From Rhina ancylostomus (taxonomy: Eukaryota), in the NCBI GenBank assembly GCA_030265395.1, contig JARFYF010000112.1, positions 27,431,872 to 27,495,871 on the forward strand: 64,000 bases of DNA. Direction: 5' to 3'. Under the pieces are notes generated by a model. It was not told the origin of the DNA. It saw only the letters and a program-made list of their open reading frames with translations, and made no database searches. Below are positions 24,666-37,600 of this stretch, in pieces; within the stretch, counting starts at the first letter, position 1, and every line of letters begins with the position of its first letter. A program made the translations under genes and the position numbers.

Positions 24666-25834
24666 AAATCACCTAGGAATTTTACCTCACTTGCTTCAAG
24701 ATTAAACCACTTAACATCACTTTTATGAAGAGCAGAGTGCCTGAAGCTATCAGACTCTGCTAGCCTGCATTCCATCTTCAGGCTATGCTTGTCTCTCTGT
24801 ACGTCAGGGTGAGGAGATGCATCTAATCAGAGACGAGAGCAGCCTTTGCATATACATTTAGGAATCAGATTAAATTTTAAAATGAGTAGCTTTTACACTT
24901 GCATTTGTAAAGAAAACTTGGTTTACAAATCAGCATGTGCATATTTTTAAAAGAGATTATAAAGGCAGTCGACAGTCACATAAAGGTTCCCAAAAAGCAA
25001 GACCCATTTCTCTGAGAACATTACCATGAGACTCCAAGTGCAGGTAATAAATCACAGTGTGCCAGATGTTTCAGATCATGCGATAAAATGTTGCATGAAT
25101 CAGCAGCTCAGGAAGACAAGCTTGAGGTTTAGGATTTCATGAATCATTTTAAATCTTCACTGATTAAATACCAATTTAAGGAGACTTGATCATCTGCGAG
25201 AGTGCTTTGCAAATATAGGCAATTTTCTTCTGCTAACATATCAGGTGAGGTTCAAACAGCACATCACAAATTTTCTCAATGTTTTTTCAATGGTGGGACA
25301 ACCTCAAATAGGGCACAAAAATTAACCATTCAGCCCATTATGCCTACGGCAGCTCTTTGAAAGAACAATAAGATTTCCAATTTTTTGTTCTTTTGCCTGT
25401 AACCATTTCATTTTCAATAAATGTACTGCCACATGGCATAACTCAGGTGAACAACATGATGTATCTCAGTGGAAAATGGCTCCTTCGTATGTGTTTAACT
25501 CTCTTTTGAAAGTTACTGTTTAACCTGGTTGCTCTCACTCTTCAGGCAATGTATTCTAGATCATGACTACTTGCCGCAGAAAGAAAACTTATCATTTCTC
25601 CTGAATTTCCAGTTAGCAATTCCCATCAGTGAAAAAAGGGAATTGGAACTTGTTACTGCCTCACACACTAATTGTATGATATGGGAGTTTAGGTCTCTGC
25701 TCTGTGGAGATCATTCCCATTCTCTGGTTTCCCCACGCAACTGAGAGCTCTTGTCCACTCATTCATCATCGTTCAGTGAAAATCCTGGAACTTCTTAAAT
25801 AACACCAAAAGAGGTCAACTTTGGTATAAATCTG

Positions 25835-26137
25835 TATCCCGACCCAAATCTAACTATGGCCAATCTGAACCCAATCTGACTCTGAATACTTACATATGCA
25901 ACCCAACCTTCACTCTAAATATAGCAATTTCAAACATGCCATTCTTCTGTTTGAGGATGAAATCTAATTAATCAAGTACAGAGGATTCATCATAAGAAAA
26001 TCACCATGAGCTGGATATAATACTGAACCAAGTCAACATGCAATGGCTTAATTTGGCCTGGCCTGAAATAAATATGGACCCGACCTGACACATACAGTCA
26101 GCTGCCGACAGGCCTGGGTGAGATAGCCACACTCTAT
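25835..26137. mobile_element. Possible non-autonomous DNA transposon remnant (hAT-like)
   Basis: Repeated cccgacc/acccaa subterminal-like motifs, ending cacactcta. No paired TIR confirmed. Confidence 0.3.
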
Positions 26138-28944
26138 ACTGGAGAACCTTCACCAGTTCAAGAGGAAGCTCACCATAATCCTCTCAAGGGAAATGAGGCA
26201 AGGCAGCAATGTCTATATCTCAGAAATGAATTTAAAAAGTACCTTTGCTTCTGCACCATTTCCAAAGAATGGCTTGAAAATACCACTTTAGCTCTGCTGC
26301 CTGACATCCAAGCCAGAGAAAGACTACAAAGAGGCCAGGTGAATATGAAATAATCATAAGACTTTGGGCAGCGAATAGAGAAATGTGCAGAGTAGAAATT
26401 ATGAAATACGCCTATTGGTTCTGATCAAACTACTCGTTTTTCTCAAAATCTCCTAAGTGCTAAACTCTGATAAAATAAATGACCTTCCCCTGTTATTTCG
26501 TTCTACAATGAACTGTTTCTGTTATTTATAAAAATGATTTTATGATCACCTGACCAGACCATGGACTATTTTTAGCTATGCACAATTATATGGCCAGGAA
26601 CCAAGAAAATGTAATGCACTGAAAGCCACAGGAGAATCAGTGACATTTTTAATCCAATTTATTTAGAGAAATATATGAAGTATTGTCTGAATGCATTTAG
26701 TGCTCATTATTGACAATGAATCAAAGTTCTCTTTTGGAAGTTTATTATACAAGGAGTACAGATTCAGCCAGTGTGCATTTTATTTCTGGTCCTCCTCACT
26801 GTCTTGTATCAGCCACAGGTGGTGGTGGTGTCTGCCCTATCCCTCAGTGGTGCATGCTCTTCAACCATGACTGTTATGCAAACCACAAGTCACTAACAAA
26901 CCTTCCTGGGTAAATAGATGGATAGCAATTAGAATCAGGAACACCAGCTGATTTCCTGCTGGACTACCAATGGGTACTGAATTCAAGTATCACATCCCAA
27001 AGAGAGCCGGGATAAATCAATGCAGCCTTAGGTTGAATGCCTACTGGTTGTATACAAACATTTTCGTTCATTATATACATAATATATAAGCAAAGAACAT
27101 TTTTAAAAAGCACAATTTTATTCTGTACTAGCATTAATATCTCTACTTTTAGAAATATTACAATGATGTTTGTTAAAACTTCAGTCAAGTAATTCACCGG
27201 GGAATCCAAATGAATGAAAACATTTAATAGCAGTAGGAAACAACTGAACCTTCTTTGAAAAGGCTGGTTATTCTTTTTCATAATTTTTTGATCATGAACA
27301 GGTGCTTTCATTTTATTTAAATCCTTCCTCATGAAGGCCATTATCTACAATGGAAACTCAATCACCTTGGCTGTTGTGGTTGGGAAAGGGGCAAAAGTAA
27401 TGAACAAAAAAACACCCTGCTGCTAGCATGGGGTAAAATAAAATAGGTCACGGGGTACCTTACTTTCTCAGGGTCAAGTGTCACATTAAATATAAATTCA
27501 CAGTTCAGGTCTGTCCTCTGGTTATCTGTTTTGCCAAGCTGAAGAACACAATCATTTTTGGTCCCAAGGGGGCAAACTTAAACTCAGGATCAGAACACAA
27601 TTTTGCTACTTCCCAATGTTTACTTTAGCATGAAGGGCATTTATGTCAACCCCTCTGTGTAGTGTACCATCCATGAAACAACCCCTTCCACAGCCCAGAA
27701 AGGATTAGCGTTTCAATTTAAACTTCAAGTGGGTGAATAAATCTCAGGTAGCCCAAGGAGAGGAGGTGATGGTCTCCTTGGTCTCTTTCTGTGTCTCTTT
27801 GAGACACCTTTTAAACTAATTACACACCTACAGCTCCCTCCAGCCCCATCATCGCTCTTCTCAGTCAATCTGCGTGTCAGAGGTTGGGTAGGATGGGGGT
27901 GAGGGTGGGGGGTGGGGTGGGTTAAGAAGATAAAACTGCTGGAATAGAANNNNNNNNNNNGTAAATGTGAAGTTACTCTCCAGTGACCTTGAAGGAGAGT
28001 GCTCTGTTGATAAAGGAGGCAGAAATACACTTTAGTTGTTCATGCTTTTTAAGTCTATTGTCTGTCTTCGCTCTAGGCAATCATAAAGTGACGGTCAAGT
28101 TGTGTATTGTGGTTGGGAAAGCCTGGTGCCATTTTATAGGTTCAAATTAGTCCTACCAAGAGTGCCACAATCTCATCAAGATATTCAAAGTGAATTCTGA
28201 GTCCAAAACCATTCGTTTTATTTTGCGTCGTACTCCTCTAATTAAAAGCACAAGGTTCAAAAAGCCACAATGCTGAATATACACCTCAGCTGCTTGCCAG
28301 GTTCAAGACCATGTTTTTGATGACATTAGCTTAAAGAATAACATTGGAAAGAGCAAGGTAGGTCATTGCCAGCAAGTAGCATTCTAATTTAGCTGACAAT
28401 CAAACAGTAAACATTAAAAAATCTCAACTATTTCTCAATTAAAGCACTATAGTCTGCACATTTAATTGTCATTATTGTCACTACATTTCAGACAAATTCT
28501 TTGGAACTCACTTCCCGCAGGTTGAGTTGTTTATGAAATTCATTGGTATGTTTGGAAAACAAATTTAAAGAAGCAGATACATAGGGAAGTTCTGGTGGGG
28601 CAATTCAGAACAGAGAGGGTATAAAAATAAGATGTTTGAGGTTTAATGGTACTTTCTCATACAAAGACATGGTAGTGATCTCTCTAGCTCAGTTCTAAAG
28701 CCTCTAATAATTTATGAAAATTACCAAATGCTCTGGGGATTTTGGAGTGAACTCCAGGTCACTAAAGAGAGAAAACCTTAACACCACCTCCCCACACTTT
28801 TGCCAAGCAATGCCCTGAGAAGATATTTGCACCAAGCTGTGCCTGCAGCCTTTGGCCTGCAAGGCCTCAGAAGTGCCCAGGCATGCACAAGGGAATCAAA
28901 AATATGGAGCTCTCTCCTCTGAAAGGCAACTGGGGCTGGAGAAG

Positions 28945-29150
28945 GAAAAACTGCAGATGCTAGAAATCTCAGATAAAAACAGAAAATGCAGGTCAGGCAG
29001 CATCTGTGGAAAAAGAAACACAATTAATGTTTCAGGTTAATGACCCTTCACCAGAACTAGGAAAATTTAGAAATCAAAGATGCTTTAAATTTCAGAGAAA
29101 GAGGAGGGTTGTAGAAAACAAAGGGAATATCTGTGATAGGTGTTGGTGCC
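28945..29150 (-). mobile_element. Penelope-type terminal repeat plus purine-rich internal fragment
   Basis: ctgcagatgctagaaatctcagataaaaacagaaaatgc...caggcagcatctgtgga; minus strand 29060-29022 reads agttCTGGTGAAGGGTcattAACCTGAAACATTAA. Confidence 0.75.
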
Positions 29151-30139
29151 AAATGAACAAACCTGAGATTAATAGATTATTGATTTTGGAACCAAGGGGA
29201 TGGAGTCAGGACACAGATCCACTGAGATCTAATTAAAAGGTGTACTCCTTTACTTAACACTTGACTTTTTGAAGATCCAAATTCATAACTTGGTAACCAC
29301 GTGTGGCAAAAAGGAAGAGGCCAATGTCGTTGGACTGGCTATTGGAGGTAGGATGGCAGGGAGTTGGTCAGCCTTTATTGATCATAGATTTAAAGGGTTG
29401 GGTACTGGGGGTGGGGGGGGGGTGCTCAGAGGAATAGGGCTGTTGAGGGATTGGAGAAATCTGAAGCATGGATCCAGAAGTGATTGGGAGATGTTTTCAG
29501 TGAACGGTGGGGGTATGGGTTGGTTTGGAGGTGGTGAGAAGTGAGAGGCAGGGATGAAATGCAGATGACCTGGAAGATAGAAGCTAACCATGGTACTTAG
29601 TTTATCACTCGCAAAACCTGGTTGTTCTGGGAGTGGACAATGGCGGGTAATCTTTCGAGCAACATGGTCTACAAAAAGAGCTTTTACAGAAAATGTTACT
29701 TGGTGGACACTGGATACGGAAATCACATCAGAGGTGAAAGCTTGATTCACGCCAGGAAGTGCCTGGTCCAGTTTCCATGGTGACATGCACAGATCCTGAA
29801 ATAGTTGTTGCTAGGGAAAGTACATTTTCAATCACATATCACTGAGGTAAACAGTGCAATCCAATTTCTAGGCTTGCATAAGTTCTGTTGTGGAAATCAT
29901 ATTTTTGGATGATCTGGGTGAGGTTTATTGAATATATGGATAACTAAGGCAGCCTATAGAGTGGGGCAAGTGCGGCGAAGGGCAGTGTTGCTCAGCTGAC
30001 AGCAGATAATGTTTGTGACAGAGAGAATTTGGGTTGGGAGGAAATGGCAACCAGTATGCAAACAATGCCTTTTTTTTCCTGGTATCTAACTGGATTCAGC
30101 TGATTCAGGCTGGTGGATAAATTGACAATATGACTTGGA

Positions 30140-30393
30140 TGAGCAAACAATAAACTGCTGGAAGACCTCAGCAGGTCAAGCAACATCTGCGGAGGCAAAG
30201 GAATGGTCAAAAAATGTTTTGGGTTGAGACCCTGAATCAGGATCCTGTAGAAGTCCCATCCAGTCCTTATTCAGGGTCACGACCCAAAACTTCGACCACG
30301 CACTTGCCACCACAGTGTTGCTTGACCTGCTGAGTTCTTCTAGCAGTTTACTTTTTGTTCCAGATTCCAGCTTCTGAAGTCTCATGTGTCTCC
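30140..30393. mobile_element. Palindromic Penelope-type terminal repeat, second subfamily
   Basis: Arms taaactgctggaagacctcagcaggtcaagcaacatctgcggaggcaa and ttgccaccacagtgttgcttgacctgctgagttcttctagcagttta; inner degenerate core cagtc-cttattca-gggtc ac gaccc-aaaacttcgac. Confidence 0.75.
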
Positions 30394-32624
30394 ATGACTT
30401 GGATGAGGCAGCATATCAGTGAAGAAAAGGAGGGAAGCAAGAGTAGGTCTTTGGACAATTCCAAAGAGAATGGGATAGGGATTGGAAGAGCCTTGACAGA
30501 AATGGATACGATCTTGATAGGTCAGGATGGAACAAGTGGCACCAATGGGAAACTAGGGAGACTTTGGATAGGGTTAGTGAAAGCATTGTATCAAACAATA
30601 TAAAGAGTTCAATGTAGATGAGGAGGGAGCATGCAGCAATTTCCTGATTACCATCTCAGCCAGAAAGGGCACTGATAAAAGGAGGGTGAGGTAGGATTGT
30701 TTGACCACATAACTGAACACAAGGTCAACTGTCGCTGCCTCAGCTGGCAACTTGGACGAACTATTGGGCAATAGAAGTGGTTGACGAAACTGTGCTTTGG
30801 CATGAGTCAGTACCTTCAGAAAAGTCATAACAGAACAGAAGAAGGAACTGCTATTCTGATGACATCAAATTATATTTTTTCAGTGAGGTTGCATAAATAA
30901 AGCTTCTGGAGTATTTCTGCCTTAGAGGGTTTTCACTCTGAAATGTGGCTTGCAGTTTTAACGCATTTGTAATAAAATCACGCTGGATGAACCCTGCTTG
31001 GTTTATTTACCACTGTTTTCAGCCAATATGTAGCTCGAGTGCCAAGGTAATAAAAAGCAAAACCCAAGCTCCAATTCTCTCAGCTGGCACTGATATCTCC
31101 CTGGTTTCCTATAAAAGAGGCCCCAAATAGCCAAAGGCAACTGCATGCAAAGCTGTAACTGAGCTCACAGTGGCTTATCGGAAACTTAAGAATTTCAAGT
31201 TTCCAAAAAACACCTTGTTCAAATGTGTAATTGAGCACAACCCTGAAATCTCTAAACAATAGCTCAACATAAGTCCCTGGAAAGTCCCAATCAGGTTCAC
31301 CAAATGATTCTTTCAGACACTCTCCTTTTAGAATTCAGAGTCAGAAGTTCGGGGTCGATGGCGTTTCCATCCATCCATCCATCCACATAATTAAGCGGCA
31401 ATTTATTAAATCTAAATTTAGTGGTATAAAACATAATTTGTTCTATAAAGTTATTGACAGCAAGCCAACATGAAACATGTTTCTCAGTTTCACCAGCATT
31501 GTCACAATAAAACCAGTAACCACAATTCCCACTCACTACTTAAATGCAATGTAATTTGTAGAAATGAGAATACAATTGTTCAAATGGAAGCCTGTCTGTA
31601 AGAGTCCTGGCATGAATGGGTTAATCCTGTCTTTGGGGGGGGGGGCAACTTCATTAGATGGATCAATTGGATCTGAACAGAAAAGTGAGATTCTTTCCAA
31701 TAACCATTTGAACCGCTGCTGAAAATGGATTTATACTGATTCATTATTTGCCAGCCAAACCATTTAAAAAAAAATCTTAAATAGAAAAGTGAGCTCAACA
31801 AAACGGGAAAAACTGGGCTTGGCTTGAACACAAGAACTTGCCGGTGATCACAGCTATTATGTTAACCCTTCAATGGCTCTTTTCAACTCCTCCTCCAACA
31901 GTATTCCATATTGACCTAATTAGCTGGGTGTAGAGTAGTAGTTATTATGAGATAATTAATGTGATGCTTAATATTGAAATAAGAGACTGGATTCACTTTC
32001 TTATTTTGAAAAATTAACTGAATCAGTGGAAGTAAATTCAGTGCTGACTGCAAGAGTAGGATTGGTAAGAAACTCCCAGAGCTCTTGGATGTTAGAAGTG
32101 TTCCAGCAAACGTGAACCCTATTCCTACAGTAGCACTGTCACTCCCTCTTGGTTGTGCACCACTGCCACGCATCTTCCATGAGGGATTGGTGAAGAAAGA
32201 GAATCTATGAAGGAGAGAAATGGGGATGGCGGGGGTGAAGAGAATTTTTTATAGTTTAAATGTGTGCAGTAATTATCATACACAAGACAGTAACAGATAA
32301 TTCAATCCAACAATCACTGCTGTTCCACATGCAAGCTTTCTCCCAATCCACTCTTTCAGCAGTACTGGTTCCTTTTTCCCTCGTGATATTGTTTCCCTTT
32401 AAAAGAACTACTTGAAGGGAAACTAGACAAGCAGCGCAAGCACTTCATGTCATAGCCAGAACCATATGCTCATCATCTCCTGGGTAACGAAGCTTCTCCT
32501 GAATCCCTTATTGTATTTCCTGGTGACTATCTATATTTATTGCTGCTAATCTTGGACACCCCACAAACGGGCATGTCTTTCATGCTATTACTGGAGTTTT
32601 TTTGAACAGAAAGCATCATCTGCT

Positions 32625-32850
32625 AGGAGGCACTTGCCTGCTGATTCCACAAAGCCGACCCCACCACCTACAAGGCACAAGTCTGAAGGCTTTCCAGTTG
32701 CGTGGATACGTAAAGCTCCATCAACACTCTCAAGAAGTACAAAACCATCAAGGTCAGAACCATTGATTTGACTGGCATTCCATCTACCAGCACAAGCACT
32801 CCCGCCACCAGCACCTACACCCTCAGTGAGTACAACCTACAGGACACACC
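32625..32850 (+). mobile_element. CR1/L2-clade LINE fragment
   Basis: ccaccacctacaaggcacaagtc...gctccatcaacactcaagaag, homologous to 59120-59260. Confidence 0.65.
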
Positions 32851-34984
32851 GCAGCAAGTGTCCTAGTCTTTTTGGTATCATCTTTTAAATTTGTGTTTCC
32901 ATCACCAAGAAGAACATCAATCAGTTGGTTTGGAAGATTGAAAGAAACAAAGTTGAGTTTTAAATAGATTACAAAACCAAATTTGAAACTTAAGATCCTG
33001 ATCTCTGACCATCTGAAGTGCAGGGGGACAGGCATGTTAGAGAGGATTTTCTCCTGAGTCATTAGTAGACCCAGGCTGGGCACACTGTGTGAGAAGGTCA
33101 CTCTGTTAACTGCCTGTTTTACTTCAGCAGTGTTTTCTTGGGTGGGATTGCAAAGAGACCACATAGTGTCACCTGGGTGATTTGGGGTGACCAATGAGCA
33201 CCATGATTTATAACTTTGCATTTTCTTAGACTTTACGTTTGTACTAATTCTGCTTTCACAGTTCACAACACAAGGGCAATCCATTTTCATTCTTTTTGGC
33301 AGATTAAAATAGCGGTCAGGTGCAAAGAGGGAAAGAGTAGCTTGGTAGCTTTTGGCCAGGGTGAGGCTCTGGATCAATCACGGATAAACCTAAAGGAGCC
33401 AATCCAACAGGAAATCTCTGCTCAGCTGTCCAGGTTTTGCTGAAACGGTTGAGTTCCTGCAGCTGGAAGGCAATCAGTCTGCTCCAGTCTCAACTTCTGA
33501 AATGTATTGACTTCCAAAATAACAGANNNNNNNNNNAGAGGCCAGCCCAAGTAGGGTAACTGATTTGCTGTCGCTAATAATCTCTCCTAGTACACATCCT
33601 TATACAACAACATTATATTTCTCCAGCACCTTTAACACAGCAAAATGTCCCAAGATGATTCACAGGAGCATAATAGGGCAAGGAGCTCTGACACTGAGCC
33701 AAAGAAACCAGGTGGCCTGGTCACAGAGGGAGCTCCAAACCAGAAATGCCTGAACAAGGCAAATATCAACTTGAGGAAATGCATTGCTTCAATTACTGTC
33801 CCTAATTTACATGGAAGAGAACATCCAGTATCCTTCACAATGGGTTTAGAATTCCCTGGTGGATGTAACATTTGCAGATATAACGTGTGCAGGGGAGCGG
33901 AGGGGGTAGCACAAAAACTGTGAAGTTTAGAAGATGGCAAACATTTACTGATGCGTACACAGGTTGTATTATACAGTGCTATTCACCGATGAAACCAGCA
34001 GCTTCCACTTCTACATGACGACTTCACAAGGATGCAGAGGCACATTTGTAGAGCAGAATGCACAATATTGCCTGGAGTTCAGGCAGATCTTTGCTAAATC
34101 ACGGGGTGCTGACTAAAAAGGTTCCCAACTTTAGCTGGCAGCATGACCTCCTGTGACCTTCGCCACCGGCCGATCCATCCAGTCCAACAGCCTTCCATGT
34201 TATCCCAATATTTTTACAACATAAAATTCAAAAGAAAAAGAAATAAAAAGTTTTTTTTAATACCCTCAAGATGTTTTCTTTTCTTTCCTGGCATTGTAGT
34301 GACCAGGAGATGAATCGCGGTTTCCAAAGGTCTCCAGGGTAGCTCTGGAGAGGCTTGGACATTGTGAGGTGGGCAGTGACCTCTGGTGAAAAAATGAATC
34401 TCTTCACAACTATAGAAAAGGGAGCCATGGTGATATAAAGGTAAAACCAAGTTAAACCTACATCCAAAGAACTAATTTTTTCTACGAGCATGGATGGAGG
34501 AAGGTGGGTAAATACAATAAAAATTCATGAATGAATTTTCTCTACGCTGAGGTTTGAAAATGTAAGAAATATTCATTCAATGCCCCAAATGGGAGTCCCC
34601 AATTCTATTCTCATGCTAATCTGAAGTTACAAAGGCTAATCTCAGTCCACTTCGCTAATATATTGCCATCCTACTTTTTAACCTTCATCACAGCATCTTA
34701 TAGTACAGAGGGTATGGTACAGCCCATCCACTATGAAATAGCCCTTTGTAAGAATGATCCAGTTAGTCCCCTTCCCTCACCCTTTCCCCATTGCTCTGCC
34801 AATTATTTCTTTTTCAAGTGTATATTCAACTCCATTTTGAAGATAACAATTGAATTTGTTGCTTTCATTCAGTGCACTGCAGACCATAGCAACTTGCTGC
34901 ACAAAAACAACTTCTCCTTTCTCCCTTGGATCTTTCACAATGACAATTTGTTTGTTGTTTTCTGCTAATGAGCTTAAATCAAAT

Positions 34985-35350
34985 ACAAGACACAAGAGAC
35001 TGCAGCAAAAATAAACTGCTGGGAGAATTCATCAGGCAAGCAGTGTCTGTGGAGGCAAAGGGATAGCAGACATTTCGGATTGGACTGAGAATGTAGAGGA
35101 AAGGTAGCCAGTGAGAGGGAGAGGTGAGACAAAGGTGGACACATAAGAAAGAAAAGGCAGATAGAACCAGGTGGTGGAGGGGAGGAGGAAGGAGACAGAG
35201 GCTGGGAAGCAGTTAGTAGTACCACATAACAGGTGGAGGAATGAATAGGGAATATGAACCAAGGGAGAAGAAACCCAGATAGATACAGTTATGTGGGTGA
35301 AGGGGATGAGTCTAGGTTACGAAGAGAGGACGGACAGAAAAGGGGAGGGG
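34985..35350 (-). mobile_element. Penelope-like remnant (terminal repeat plus purine-rich internal region)
   Basis: acacaagagactgcagcaaaaataaactgctggg...tctgtggaggcaaaggga matches the 30140 arm, followed by a GA-rich tract. Confidence 0.6.
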
Positions 35351-35932
35351 TTGAATACGGCCTGGTTACTGACATGGCTTGCCTGCTCCATCATTATTGA
35401 TTTTGCATACCTCCATGAAATCATCCATCAACCTTCTCTGAGCTATGGGGAAACACTTTCTGTTGACTCTCCACACAAAGCTAATCTAAGGAAGAAAGTG
35501 TGGATGTGATCCAAGACCTTTCACAACCTGAAACAAAGTTACAGTTTAGAAGAAAGGAGACTGCAAGATTTGCTCTTCACTTGGTTACACAGAGCAGAGG
35601 CTGCAAACACACAAAATGCTCCCTGCCTCCTGAGAGAAACGTCATGATTGCTAACCCAACACACGTCATTCTTTGTTTGCCAGGCGATTGGGTAACAGTA
35701 GATGATTGTTCATAGGGGAAATAACAAAGTCACAATTGGCTCTGGTCAGTTCCAAAAGCTTTGAGTGAGAGAACTAACATTCAAGTCCCTCAGATGTTGC
35801 TACTTTCTGTTTTCTAGACCACTTCGCCAAAGGCTTTGCAACACACAAAGCTGCTGACTCCAAAGCCCTTTGTTCAGCTCAGCAGCTGACTTAAATCCCA
35901 AAAACCAAGTGCAGTTGAGAATTTTTTTTTAC

Positions 35933-36109
35933 CTTCATGAGGGTGTGCCACCCAGAGTTGTGCCATCTGGATATTTGTGGGGTTGGGTCCACGGAAGGAA
36001 GGGTCAGAGGGCAAAGGAGCAGGGGTTCCGTGAGGTGCAGTCGAGGTCCCTAGGCCACTGGCGACGAAACCCCCAAGAAAAGGAGTTGAGCCACCGGGGT
36101 AGGCATCAC
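35933..36109 (-). CDS. TNRC18: TNRC18 coding exon, most 5' in window (177 nt, phase 1-1)
   Basis: Translates (G)DAYPGGSTPFLGGFVASGLGTSTAPHGTPAPLPSDPSFRGPNPTNIQMAQLWVAHPHE(G), matching recalled human TNRC18 GEAFLGSFVASGMGPSASSHGSPVPLPSDLSFRSPTPSNLPMVQLWAAHAHEG. Acceptor ccccaaatcag|GT after a pyrimidine tract; donor GAAG|gtaaa. Confidence 0.92.
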
Positions 36110-37429
36110 CTGATTTGGGGAGAGGGATGGGAAGGGTAGGGAGAGACATTACAGTCAGGATCTACTCGATTATGGTCCACAGTATTAACCAATCGACAAT
36201 ACAAAAAAAAACCCTCATACTGGCGTCAATTTTGAATTTAAAACATAATAAAGCAAACAATATAACATTTACTCTTACTACACATTAATGAAGGGTTAAG
36301 CCTCCCAAGTCTTTGCAATGCCTTTTCAAAACCACCTTTGGAGCTAATAGATTGAATTAAGTTGGACTTAAAAACAGTGCCTGTTCCAGTTCCTGTCCTT
36401 AGATCCAAGATCAGTGCTGCAGTTCACATTATACATTAGTCTGTAATTTGACAGTGTTTAATGCAAAGAAATGTTCACATTTGCAACAATGGGGAGAGCA
36501 GGGTTAGTCCAAACTTTTTTAAATGCCTTTTTAAATTCAAAGGAGCCATTGGGTATAGGGTTCAACAGACATTTAAAAACAACCAAAACTACAAACAATT
36601 TTCTGCACAGAAATCAAATGAAGCAGACAACAAAGTTTACAAGTGCATTAATCCATAATTATTAAAANNNNNNNNNNNNNNNNNNNNNNNNNNNNNNNNN
36701 NNNNNNNNNNNNNNNNNNNNNNNNNNNNNNNNNNNNNNNNNNNNNNNNNNNNNNNNNNNNNNNNNNNAAAATGCAAATTTTTTATCCTCTTTTTCACATT
36801 CCTAAATGTAAGTGAAGCAAATCCCTTTTCCTTGTTATCTAGTTTTGATTGCACAGTAATCAGTGGCATTTGCTTACTGTGAATGAATGTTTCAAAATCC
36901 ACCTTTATTAACCTGAATTCTGAGATCTTTAATGGTCTTGCAATTCAGCATTTTTCTTTCCAGTCACAATTACAGACCAATGGCCTTGCCCAGATCAGAT
37001 AATATTCTGTGCACTTTTTGAAGCTGTAAAGAGAGGAATATTTCAGGAAGTGGACAGGAGCCACAGCTGTAACATGGCAGAGCTAGATACTGAATTATGA
37101 CAGACAATAACAGCTCATTACTGACACTGCAAATGGTCCAGTTACATTACATCTTAGTAACATGTGGGATACATGGTTGAGCTTTACTGCTGCTAACCCC
37201 TCACTGATCGGAGAAAAAGCAAAATGTACAGATGGACCAGCTGCATATTCAAGGAAGCCTTTGCAGAGTAAGGTGCTGTCATTGCAGAGACAAAACATTG
37301 CAGACTGAGACCTGAGCACAGAATCTAAGCAACCATTGGAGGTATCCAATTAGTGATGTTTATCAGTAAGCCTTTAAGTTGCCTTCACCCTGGACAAATT
37401 TTACTCTTCAACTGTTATTACTAAAACAT

Positions 37430-37600
37430 TTAAGCTGGTTATTATCCTGGTGCTATATGTGGGATCTTGCTGTGTACAATTTGTCTGCAAACCAACCACA
37501 AAATTTCCCATATTATAACAGTCACTACAGTGTAAAAATACTCCTCAAATGGTTATAAAGTGCTTTGGGAAGTTTTAGGCTGGAATATAAATACAAGTTC
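37430..37600 (+). mobile_element. Deu-domain SINE 3' half
   Basis: tgtgggatcttgctgtgtacaatttg...cagtcactaca...ggttataaagtgctttggga...tataaatacaagtt. Confidence 0.6.

Noticed and set aside
27725-28030. Alternative promoter or exon near a G-rich tract
   Set aside because: Interrupted by a gap, with no supported splice pair or CpG island.
32823-33377. 184-aa minus-strand ORF
   Set aside because: No recognisable motif and no place in the TNRC18 exon chain, whose neighbouring exons join without it.
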